Part shown: positions 26,001 through 38,000 of the stretch, piece after piece
Numbering within the stretch: the stretch's first letter is position 1
How the letters are laid out: each line of letters starts with the position of its first letter
DNA from: Macrostomum lignano
Taxonomy: Eukaryota
NCBI GenBank assembly: GCA_002269645.1
Contig: NIVC01000852.1
Coordinates: 174,427 to 238,426, forward strand
Length of the DNA stretch: 64,000 bases
Direction of reading: 5' to 3'
Notes under the pieces: model-generated
What the model saw: only the letters and a program-made list of their open reading frames with translations
Told to the model about the DNA's origin: nothing
Databases searched by the model: none
Position numbers and translations under genes: made by a program

Positions 26001-29000
26001 TCCTCCACCGGGGTGGCCTCTAGCGAGGATTCGACTTGGGCGTGAGTTGGCGAGCCGCTGGGCAAGTCCAGTCGAATGTCGTCGATGCTGGTCAGGGCGC
26101 CGCCGTCCAGATTCTCCAGAGTCTCCGAGCGCGGAGGCGCCGGCAGCGGCGGTGGTGGCGGCGAGGGTGATATCGGAGGAGTCGTCGGTTGCTTCAGCGG
26201 CGCAGGTTCAGCAGCCAGAGCGACCTCGGCGCTGAGGCAGTCGACGGCGGCTGAGCGGGCCAGACGGAGCAGGCGAGCCCGCAGCAGGCAGGTCAGCGCC
26301 GCCCGCTTGTCGGCCAGCCGCTTGGCGCTGAGGGTCACGCGGCTAAGCGACGGTCGAGACGGTGTTGTCGTCGTCGTTGCTGTCGAGGACGACGAAGCTG
26401 CGACCGGCTTGTCGGCGGCGGCTGCGGCCGACAGCGGCTGGGGAGCTACTGAGTGATCCCAGGCGTCGCGCTCCCAGGCGTCCATGGCGAAGGTCCTGCC
26501 GAGAGGGTTGCGCTCCGCCGCGAACGGGACCGGCTCGTGCGCCGGTGCGGCAGCGGCGGCTGCAGCGGCGGCAGCGGCGGCGGCCTGGCCAAAGTCGGCC
26601 AGAGTCCAAGCGACGCTGTGCGAGCTGCCGCAGGCGACCCGGGTGACCCGGTAGCCTTCCAGGCCTTGGACAAGGCAGGGCCGGCGGTTCACCGTGGTGG
26701 AGCCGTTGCCCTGCTGGCCGTGGTCGTTGTCGCCCCAGGCGTAGACCTGGCCCTGGGACGGTAATTTATGAAGATTAAGCTGGCATTGCACATTCGGAAT
26801 AATAATAATGATATAATTGATTACACCGGTCCCAACCGACAGCTCAGCCGCAGCTGTTTGCGCGGCGCATCTGAAGGCTGCGTACGGCTGTTCAGTCCAA
26901 GGACTGGGGGGTCGCCACACACACACACGTCCTCAATTACCCCAGCTAATGCTGGCACCCATTTTACAACTGGGTGAACTCAAGTAATGATGCAGAGTTA
27001 AGTGTCTTGCTCAAGGACCCAAATTGTTCCAGTGGGGATCGAGAAGCGAACCCCCGACCTTCAAGTCGCGAGTCCGACGCTCTAAGCACTAGGCTACATG
27101 TACATTAAATAGCCTTATCGCTCCTTACCTGATCCGTGACGGCCAGACAGTGCAGAGCCCCAACGGCCACGTGAACAACTCGCTTATCGCGCAGCGCCTC
27201 AACCATGGTAGGCTTGCGCACGTGCTCGTCAGTGCCGTGGCCCAGCCGGTAATAGTCGCCCTTGCCCCAGGTCCACACTTCGCCACGGTTAGTCAGCGCC
27301 AAAGTGAACTGAGCCCCGCATTCGAGTTGTTCAACGCCACGACCGCACAACACGTCGATTCGAGCCGGCAAATTGCAGCCTTCGGAGCCGCCGCGGCCAA
27401 GTTTGCCAAAGTCACCGTCGCCCCACGACCAGACGTTGCCGTCTTCGGTTAAGGCGACGGTCTGGGCGTCCCGGCTGCCGCAGGACACCTGCGAGTGGGG
27501 GGGGGTTATAAGAAAATTCGGTAAATTGAAAAGTTCGCGCATTCAGGAACTTGCTTAGCATACTACTTACATAACTTACAAAAGTAGGCTAAAGATTTAT
27601 TTAGACTAGGAAAGGTGTGAGAGTAGACAAGGCGGTGGGACTAGACAAGGCGGTGAGACTAGACAAGGTGTGAGAGAAGACAAGGCGGTGGGACTAGACA
27701 ATGTGTGAGACTAGACAAGTTGGTGAGACTAAACAAGTTGGTGAGACTAGGCAAGGTGTGAGAGTAGACAAGGTGTGAGAGTAGACAAGGTGGTGAGAAT
27801 AGACAAGGTGGTGAGAATAGACAAGGTGTGAGACTAGACAAGGTATAAGAGTAGACAATGCGGTGAGAGTAGACAATGTGGTGAGAATAGACAAGGCGGT
27901 GAGAATAGACAAGGCGATGAGAATAGACAAGGCGGTGAGAATAGGCAAGGTGTGAGAGTAGACAAGGTGTGAGAATAGACAATGCGGTGAGAATAGACAA
28001 GGCGGTGAGAATAGACAAGGCGATGAGAATAGACAAGGCGGTGAGAATAGACAAGGCAGTGAGAATAGACAAGGTGTGAGACTAGGTAAAGGTTAGATAA
28101 ATGTTAGGCTTAGAAAAAGTGAGACTAGAAAATGTTAGACTAAGACAGAATGTGAGATTAGACAAGGTAAGAGCAGACTACAACCCAATCTGTCTTTCAC
28201 AAGCGCACCTGAACAACACGCATCGATTTAAGCGCTTCGACCCGCTTCGGCCGCATTTGAGTATCGCTATCGCCGTGACCAAGTCGGCCGTATTCGCCCA
28301 GGCCCCAGGTGAACAATTCGCCGTTGAAGCCGACAGCGGCCGAATGCGAGCTGCCACAGGCCACGTCGACAATGCGGTAGGGCTTGAGAGTCTCAATTAG
28401 GCGGGGACGATCCTACATAGACGACATTGTGGACACAAATTAGAGTTAATTTAATAGATTTTAAACATCATCAACTTTGCTATTTTTACTTGATTTTAAG
28501 TGTTTTCGATACATATCGGCTTTGAAATAATTGATTTAAGTTACTTTGACACATATCGGTCATGAACTCTACTTTATTATTTATTACTTCGATACATATC
28601 GGCTCAATTTTTTTCCTTAACTTTAAATGCTTTCGATACATATCGGCCAAAAATTTTTTCTTGATTTTAAATGTTTTCGATACATATCGGTTCAGCGTTT
28701 TTTCTCGATTTTTAAGTATATCGGTTCCGAAAATGTGGCTTTCTTAAATTAATTAAAACAGTTTAACTTACAATAAATAAAAGTATGTGGACACAAAAAA
28801 TAACCTACAATTTCTCACCTGCGGCTCGCTAACTCCGTGACCTAATTTACCATCGTCGCATTCACCCCAGCTTAAAACTTGACCGTCAACCGTCAGTGCC
28901 AGACAGTGCCGACCGCTGGAGTGGACGGCAACCTTCTTTATCTGGAAATTTATAAGTTTTAGAGACAATTTAGTGCACGAGATTTAACGATACTATGTGC

Positions 29001-32000
29001 ATACTTGTTTCGTTGGCTATCAGCATGTTTTGATTTTCTGCTTATTTTAAACGACTTTCGATACATATCGGGCATTCTAATAGGGTATAAATTTTAAGAT
29101 TTTTTTGATACATATCGGCCATCCTTATAGAATGCGATTATGAAGATTTTTTCGATACATATCGGGTATTCCCAAAAGCAGCGACTAAAATGATTTTCGA
29201 TACATATCGTCTTTTACGAGTAATAAATTTCAATTGACGCGGTTCATTACCTTGTAGCCAGCCAGTCCGGGGATGATGGTGGGCACGCTAACATTATCGG
29301 CGCAGCTGCCCAAGCCAAGCCGATCGTTGGACGCCTCGCCGCACGCGTAGACGTCGCCGTCCACCGTGACGCAGAATAGGCTCTTGGATCCGCCGGCAAT
29401 TTGAGTGCATCTTAAGGCGCTTAGATGCTCGTTAAATTGCGGCACCTTCACTTTGGAGCCTTTGGCCACGCCTAGTTGGTCTTTGTCGTTTAGGCCCCAA
29501 ACAAAGACGTGAGTGCGAACGCTGGGCGCGTCAGGCTTGCCAGCGGAGGCGGTGGCCGCCGAGGCGGCCGTGGCAGTTGCGGAGGTCGTCGTGTACGCGG
29601 CAACTTGATCGTCCACAAGGTAGGGATAGATGGTGGTTAGGTCCTGCTGACGGTGGCCGAGGATTCTCAGCCCGTGTACCTGTGGTCGTCGGGTTCGGCA
29701 AACAATAAAATTTCCGTTTTGAAATTTGTATATATCACGTGACTTTCCAGAGCGATCATGTGCCTTTCTAGAGTCATCACGTGACTTTCCAGAGCGACCA
29801 CGTGCCTTCTAGAGTTATCACGTGACTTTCTAGAGTTACCACGTGACTTTCTAGAGTTATCACGTGACTTTTCAGAGTGACCACGTGCCTTCTAGAGTTA
29901 TCACGTGACTTTCCAGAGCGACCACCTGCCTTTCTAGAGTTATCACGTGACTTTCCAGAGCGACCACGTGCCTTCTAGAGTTATCACGTGACTTTCTAGA
30001 GTTACCACGTGACTTTCTAGAGTTATCACGTGACTTTTCAGAGTGACCACGTGCCTTCTAGAGTTATCACGTGACTTTCCAGAGCGACCACCTGCCTTTC
30101 TAGAGTTATCACGTGACTTTCTAGAGTTACCACGTGCCTTTCTAGAGTTATCACTTGACTATTCAGAGTGGTCATGTGACTTTCTAGAATCATCACGTGA
30201 CTATCCAGGGTGATCACATGACTATCCAGAGTGATCACGTGACTACTCAGAGTGATCACATGATTATCCAGAGTGATATCACGAGCATCAGAAGAGCTTA
30301 TCGAGTGAAGCAAATTTTTTAGCAGTATTAAAAATAAATAATATTCAAAGGACGAAACCCACCTTGGCATTGAACACGGTATCATCTCGACTGTCCATAA
30401 GCACAATTTCAACCATTCGATGGGCTCGATCGCAGTTCTGCAACAGCGTCAGCCATTCGGTCATTGAACTGCCGCGGCCAGAGGCGGCGTTGGCAGCGGT
30501 GGGATTGAATCTGGCCACCTCCTTGAAGCCTTTGGTGAGGTCGCCAAGCGATACGATGACCAGCTTGGGCAAGTAGAGCGAATCGGCCAGGTCCAACTAC
30601 AAAGGATGCAAGCTAGTGAATCAAGTTATGCACATTGCGCTGATTCTCGAGCACGCACTCATGCAAAGTGTACACAGCGACGAAAAAGGCACCTAGGCCC
30701 CAAAGTCGTTGCAGATAACACAGGTATCAATAAAATAGGAAAGAAGTGACTCTAGACGACTCTACTAAAACGACGAGATGTCACGGTACAAAGAGTCAAA
30801 AAGTCCTTGAAGAGTCGCCTAAGAGTCAATTTGAGGCGTTTTATTGTCTGCGACTTTAAAAAAACTCTGGGGCGATGCAAGTGACTCTGGGGTGACGCAA
30901 GTGACTCTGGGGTGACGCAGGTGACTCTGGGGTGACGCAAGTGACTCTGGGGTGACGCAAGTGACTCTGAGGCGATGCAAGTGACTCTGGGGCGACGCAG
31001 GTGACTCTGGGGTGACGCAAGTGACTCTGAGGCGATGCAAGTGACTCTGGGGCGACGCAGGTGACTCTGGGGCGACGCAAGTGACTCTGGGGTGACGCAA
31101 GTGACTCTGGGGCGACGCAGGTGACTCTGGGGTGACGCAAGTGACTCTGAGGCGATGCAGGTGACTCTGGGGCGACGCAAGTGACTCTGGGGTGACGCAA
31201 GTGACTCTGGGGCGATGCAAGTGACTCTGGGGTGACGCAAGTGACTCTGGGGCGACGCAAGTGACTCTGGGGTGACGCAAGTGACTCTGGGGTGACGCAA
31301 GTGACTCTGGGGTGACGCAAGTGACTCTGGGGTGACGCAAGTGACTCTGGGGTGACGCAGGTGACTCTGGGGTGACGCGGGTGACTCTGGGGTGATGCAA
31401 GTGACTCTGGGGTGACGCAAGTGACTCTGGGGTGACGCGGGTGACTCTGGGGCGATGCAAGTGACTCTGGGGTGACGCGGGTGACTCTGGGGCCGCAGAG
31501 TCGTATCTGAGGCGTGCCAGAGTCGCTGTAGAACCACCGAGTCACGTCTAAAACGCATCTGCGTCACTTAATGAATTAAAATCATATTTCGCTTTTAATA
31601 ACAACTCTATTTAGTCTACTTGAGTTAGTAGAGAGAGTAAAACGCTAACACAGCGACCCTTGGACGACTCTTGCGACTCTGACAATTCTACAACTCAACT
31701 GATGCGCTCGCGACCCATCAGTTCAATCAGTTCAATTCAAGTGCAAATTTTCACCTTGATAGACAGCCGATCGATGACGATTTCCTCGTTCATCTCTAGT
31801 CGAATCCAATGCCTGGCGCCTGAGGTCTTGGCGGCACTGCGCCAGCAGCCTCCGCCGCCAGCAGCCCTGGAGTCGCCGAGCATTCGACGCACGAGGTCGC
31901 CACGGCTTGACACCGTCACCTGCTTGACGCAGTAGCCCCAGTGGGAGCGGCGTTTGCGGTTGCTGCGCAGTCGACGCCGACGGCCAGCGACAGGGTCGGC

Positions 32001-35000
32001 GCCTGCGGCTGCGGCTGTTGCGGCAGCAGCGCCTCCAACATCGGAGGCGGCTGTAGCGTCGCGTTGAGTCGCACACGAGCCGGCGCGCACCTGGCACGGA
32101 TGGGCGAGTTTTAAAATGTAAACAAAAACTATTTGAACTAACAAAGACCATACCGAATCAACCAGACACCGGAAGTGATTCAAGACTCAAACTGACAAAG
32201 ACCATACCGAATCAACCAGACACCGGAAGTGAATCAAGACTCAAACTGACAAAGACCATACCGAATCAACCAGACACCGGAAGTGATTCAAGACTCAAAC
32301 TGACAAAGACCATACCGAATCAACCAGACACCGGAAGTGATTCAAGACTCAAACTGACAAAGACCATACCGAATCAACCAGACACCGGAAGTGAATCAAG
32401 ACTCAAACTGACAAAGACCATACCGAATCAACCAGACACCGGAAGCTAACCAAGACTCAAACTGACAAAGACCATACCGAATCAACCAGACACCGGAAGT
32501 GAATCAAGATTCAAACTGACAAAGGCCATTCCGAATCAACCACACACCGGAAGTGATTCAAGACTCAAACTGACAAAGACCATACCGAATCAACCAGACA
32601 CCGGAAGTGAATCAAGACTCAAACTGACAAAGACCATACCGAATCAACCAGAAACCGGAAGTGAATCAAGACTCAAACTGACAAAGACCATACCGAATCA
32701 ACCAGACACCGGAAGTGATTCAAGACTCAAACTGACAAAGACCATACCGAATCAACCAGACACCGGAAGTGATTCAAGACTCAAACTGACAAAGACCATA
32801 CCGAATCAACCAGACACCGGAAGTGATTCAAGACTCACCGGTGAAGCATCAGGCGAGGCTATGACATGAAATTCGTGACCAGGCTGGTGGCCAGATTGGC
32901 CGCCCAGGTAGCAGGCCTCGCACAGGTTGAAATCCGGGCAAACTCGGCAGGCGTAGCGACAGCCGCGAATCGGCGCCGTCCAACAGTCGACGCAGGAGTA
33001 GCCGGCGTGACAGGCGGCCGGGACGACGGTCAGCTCCGACTGTAGGCAGCGCCAGCCGTGGTGCTCGGGAAAATCAACAATGGCTTCGGGCTGGCTTGCG
33101 GGCTGGCCGCACAGGGTGACCAGGACGCCAACGCTGGCTGGGGTGACGCTTCCCCAGCGGTAGCGGGGATTCGCAATCTCGGGTCGGACCTGCGGATTTT
33201 TTGGGGGAATTTTATTGAAAACTTTTTTCTGATGAATCGAAGTGAGAAAAGGCGGCCCCATTAAAGCATCGGAGTGAGGGAGGGGGCGGCCCAATTAAAG
33301 CATTGGAGTGAGGGAGGGGCGGCCCCATTAAAGCATTGGAGTGAGGGAGGGGCGGCCCCATTAAAGCATCGGAGTGAGGGAGGGGCGGCCCCATTAAAGC
33401 ATCGGAGTGAGGGAGGGGCGGCCCCATTAAAGCATCGGAGTGAGGGAGGGGCGGCCCCATTAAAGCATCGGAGTGAGGAAGGGGCGGCCCCATTAAAGCA
33501 TTGGAGTGAGGGAGGGGCGGCTTCATTAAAGCATCGGAGATGTGAGGAAGGGGCGGCCCCCTAAAAAACGGAGTGAGGGAGGGGCGGCTTCATTAAAGCA
33601 TCGGAGTGAGGGAGGGGCGGCCCCCTTAAAGCATCGGAGTGAGGGAGGGGCGGCCCCTTAAAGCATCGGAGATGTGAGGGAGGGGCGGCCCCCTTAAATA
33701 AACGGAGTGAGGGAGGGGCGGCCCCCTTAAAGAAACGGAGTGAGGGAGGGGCGGCCCCCTTAAAGAAACGGAGTGAGGGAGGGGCGGCCCCTTAAAGCAT
33801 CGGAGTGAGGGAGGGGCGGCCCCCTTAAAGCATCGGAGATGTGAGGGAGGGGCGGCCCCATTAAAGCATCGGAGTGAGGGAGGGGGCGGCCCAATTAAAG
33901 CATTGGAGTGAGGGAGGGGCGGCCCCATTAAAGCATTGGAGTGAGGGAGGGGCGGCCCCATTAAAGCATCGGAGTGAGGGAGGGGCGGCCCCATTAAAGC
34001 ATCGGAGTGAGGGAGGGGCGGCCCCATTAAAGCATCGGAGTGAGGGAGGGGCGGCCCCCTTAAAGCATCGGAGATGTGAGGGAGGGGCGGCTTCATTAAA
34101 GCATCGGAGTGAGGGAGGGGCGGCCCCCTTAAAGCATCGGAGTGAGGGAGGGGCGGCCCCATTAAAGCATCGGAGTGAGGGAGGGGCGGCCCCATTAAAG
34201 CATCGGAGATGTGAGGAAGGGGCGGCCCCCTTAAAGCATCGGAGCTGTGAGGGAGGGGCGGCCCCCTTAAAGAAACGGAGTGAGGGAGGGGCGGCCCCTT
34301 AAAGCATCGGAGATGTGATGGAGGGGCGGCCCCCTTAAAGAAACGGAGCTGTGAGGGAGGGGCGGCCCCCTTAAATAAACGGAGTGAGGGAGGGGCGGCC
34401 CCCTTAAAGAAACGGAGTGAGGGAGGGGCGGCCCCCTTAAAGAAACGGAGTGAGGGAGGGGCGGCCCCTTAAAGCATCGGAGTGAGGGAGGGGCGGCCCC
34501 CTTAAAGCATCGGAGATGTGAGGGAGGGGCGGCCCCATTAAAGCATCGGAGTGAGGGAGGGGGCGGCCCAATTAAAGCATTGGAGTGAGGGAGGGGCGGC
34601 CCCATTAAAGCATTGGAGTGAGGGAGGGGCGGCCCCATTAAAGCATCGGAGTGAGGGAGGGGCGGCCCCATTAAAGCATCGGAGTGAGGGAGGGGCGGCC
34701 CCATTAAAGCATCGGAGTGAGGGAGGGGCGGCCCCTTAAAGCATCGGAGATGTGAGGGAGGGGCGGCTTCATTAAAGCATCGGAGTGAGGGAGGGGCGGC
34801 CCCCTTAAAGCATCGGAGTGAGGGAGGGGCGGCCCCATTAAAGCATCGGAGTGAGGGAGGGGCGGCCCCATTAAAGCATCGGAGATGTGAGGAAGGGGCG
34901 GCCCCCTTAAAGCATCGGAGCTGTGAGGGAGGGGCGGCCCCCTTAAAGAAACGGAGTGAGGGAGGGGCGGCCCCTTAAAGCATCGGAGATGTGATGGAGG

Positions 35001-38000
35001 GGCGGCCCCCTTAAAGAAACGGAGCTGTGAGGGAGGGGCGGCCCCCTTAAAGCATCGGAGCTGTGAGGGAGGGGCGGCCCCCTTAAAGCATCGGAGCTGT
35101 GAGGGAGGGACGGTCCCCTTAAGAAACGGACGCAGACCTGCACCCGATCGCCAACTTTCAAGGCGGCAGAGCGGGTCAGAGATCGGCGCTGCCGACCAGC
35201 GGTTGAATCGTCGCCACCATGGCCGTGTTCGCCCCGACCGAACCGTTCTCCATCGGCGTCTTCTCCGCTTCGAGCCGCAGCTCTACTCCTTGATGGCAGC
35301 AGCTCCAGCTGGGCGAATCGAGCCCAGTAAACTACAGGCGGCTGCGGCGGATCCTCGCTGCCGCCGCCGCCGCCACCGCCGCGGTGCCAGGCGACGCGCA
35401 CATTCAAATCGTGCAGATCGTCGCAATCGATCGACACCACCTGGCCGACGTCGCCGGCCCGAACAACGCCTTGGTAGTCGCGCAGGCAGCGGACACGCGA
35501 TCCGACTCGAACCAACGACTTAACGTAGCTGGCGTATTCATCTATTGTAGGAAAATCGCCGATTGTCTTGTAGCTGCCGGAGCCGCTAGCTCCGCTTGAG
35601 TCGGCGCTGATCCAGTTCTCGTCATCCTCATCGTCGTCTTCCTCACCGTCAAGATCATCATCGTCGTTGTCATCATCATCAGTTGAGCAGATCGAAGGCG
35701 CCCGCTGCTCAGTAGGCGTAGCGTCGCCTCCATCGCTGCCGACGCCGTCGCCGGTCCCCGATTCGGGGTTTTCTATCAGCCATTCAACTACGGCGTCGCA
35801 GCTCGGCAGCTGCTGGTCTCCGCCGCGGGTCAGCCGGCTGCCAAACGATCGGCCGAGCGCCGCGATGGCGCGTTGAATTGCCCGCTGAGGGAATCCCATC
35901 TCTAGCACTGGGGCCAGCTGCAACGGCAGGACAAACGACGGCGAGCCGCCGCCAGTCGGCTTCCCGTCACTGCCAGATTGTCGTCCCCGACGCTGCTCGC
36001 GACGGCGTCGACTGTCTTCGCCACGCCGAGGATGCTGCCGACGCTGTCGACGATGCTGGCGTTGTCGATCTTCGCCGCCTGTCGACGAGCCGAAGGCCGG
36101 CGCGGATGCCACGTTCAGCAGGCGGCGATCGACGGACGTCTCTGCGGACACCGCCGTCGACGAGGCCGACGCTGTCAGGCCGGTGGATTTTGGTATCCTC
36201 GCCTGCGGCGGCAGCGCCATCTGGTTGCCACCGTCGTCCTGCCGACGGCAGTTCAGCGAGGCCAATAGATAATGCTCGTGGTTCACAATGGCGGAGTCGA
36301 TCTCGACGGCGGAGTAGCCGGGCCGCAGGCGGCTGGGCTGGACGGCCACGGAGAGGAGCTGGCGATACTTTGATAAGGAGTCGCCAAGCCAGCCGAGCCA
36401 GCCAGCCTGCAGACGCTCGCCCAGGGTCAGCAGCGCCCGAGCAGTAAAAGATTCAACTAGCAGCGACGTGGAAGCCGCAGTTTCATCGAGTTCTTTGGAT
36501 TCTTCTTTTTCTATCGGTCCATTTCTAGCCGACTTCAGTACCAAGCGTTCAACAATGCGGCGCAATGCATCGGCACCGTCAGGATTGTCAACGAAGAGAG
36601 CTCCGAGAGTCTCAGCGTCCAATTGAACACCGCGGGTGGCGCCGGCCGGCAAGGCGTCGAGTTTCAGCCGGATCGCAGCAGCAGCCGCCGCCGACGTCGA
36701 GGTCGCTTTCGACAAAGTCAACTGGCCGCCATTGGAGATTTGCTGAACCACGGCCAGGCCAACGTCGGAGGCTTCCGCGTCGCCGTCGATATCGGCCTCA
36801 TCGTCGGCTGCGTCGGCGTCGGCTGAAGCGCCGAGGCAGACTAGGCTGCCAACGTAGACCCTGGGCTCCAGGTCGCAGACTAGACAGGCCAGGCTCAGGC
36901 CGCGAGGAAAGGCCTTCGACGCTTTGCCAGAGTCCAGAGCGTCGGCCAGATCGACTAGGCGTCGACGGGCCTCGCCAAGGAGGAGCGGCCGCCAGACGCC
37001 CGAATTGGCAAACAGTCGCAGCACGCAGAGGGCTTCCTGGCAGTAGGCGGAATACATTGGCGCAGTCAGTGGCACGTCGGGCCGATTGCAAAGTACGTCG
37101 TTTTTGCAGGCGCCCGGGTCGGCTTGAAATCCGGCTAGCAAAGCGTCGCAACGTTGCCATAGCAACTGCACTAAGGCCGGTTCGGGTCGGATCCGATCGG
37201 CAGACGCGGCCGTGAGAATGTGCAGCAGTCTGAGCAGGCCCAGCTGATATTCGAAAGTGCGCGAACTGAGCTGCGGCTTACCCTGCTTGTCGAAGAGCCG
37301 GACCTAGCAACAGAAAAAGGCGCGAACAGTTAGTTTAAATCATCTATTCCATGATAATAATGAAAAAACTGGGCGGCAGTTCCAATTACTCGAAAAATCC
37401 CACGGACTATCTCACACCGCGTACCTCAGAATTACATCCTGAATATCACATCTAAGACAACATTAACACAAATACCACATAATCTCACCCAGATACCACA
37501 TAATCTCACCCAGATGCCACAGAATCTCACCCCAGATACCATATATTGTCACCCCAGATACCACAGAATCTCACCCCAGATACCATAGAATCTCACCCCA
37601 GATACCACGTAATCTCACCCAGATGCTACAGAATCTCACCCCAGATGCCATAGAATCTCACCCCAGAAACCATAGAATCTCACCCCAGATACCATAGAAT
37701 CTCACACCAGATACCATATAATGTCACCCCAGATACCACAGAATCTCACCCCAGATGCCATAGAATCTCACACCAGATACCATATAATGTCACCCCAGAT
37801 ACCACAGAATCTCACCCCAGATACCATAGAATCTCACCCCAGATACCACGTAATCTCACCCAGATGCTACAGAATCTCACCCCAGATACCATAGAATCTC
37901 ACCCCAGAAACCATAGAATCTCACCCCAGATACCATAGAATCTCACACCAGATACCATATAATGTCACCCCAGATACCACAGAATCTCACCCCAGATACC

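Noticed and set aside
27020-27094. Stand-alone tRNA gene
   Set aside because: The tRNA-like head is fused to a SINE body and tail, the B box is interrupted, and no acceptor stem is recognisable.
28500-29210. CRISPR-like array (conserved repeat plus variable spacers)
   Set aside because: Eukaryotic intron context, only a 15-bp core, AT-rich related spacers, interruption by an exon, and no cas genes.
25106-37171. ORF-track starts and ends of the 606-aa and 742-aa ORFs taken as separate genes
   Set aside because: Both are single large HERC2 exons extended into intron or SINE sequence; the splice sites define 25136-26752 and 35138-37303.
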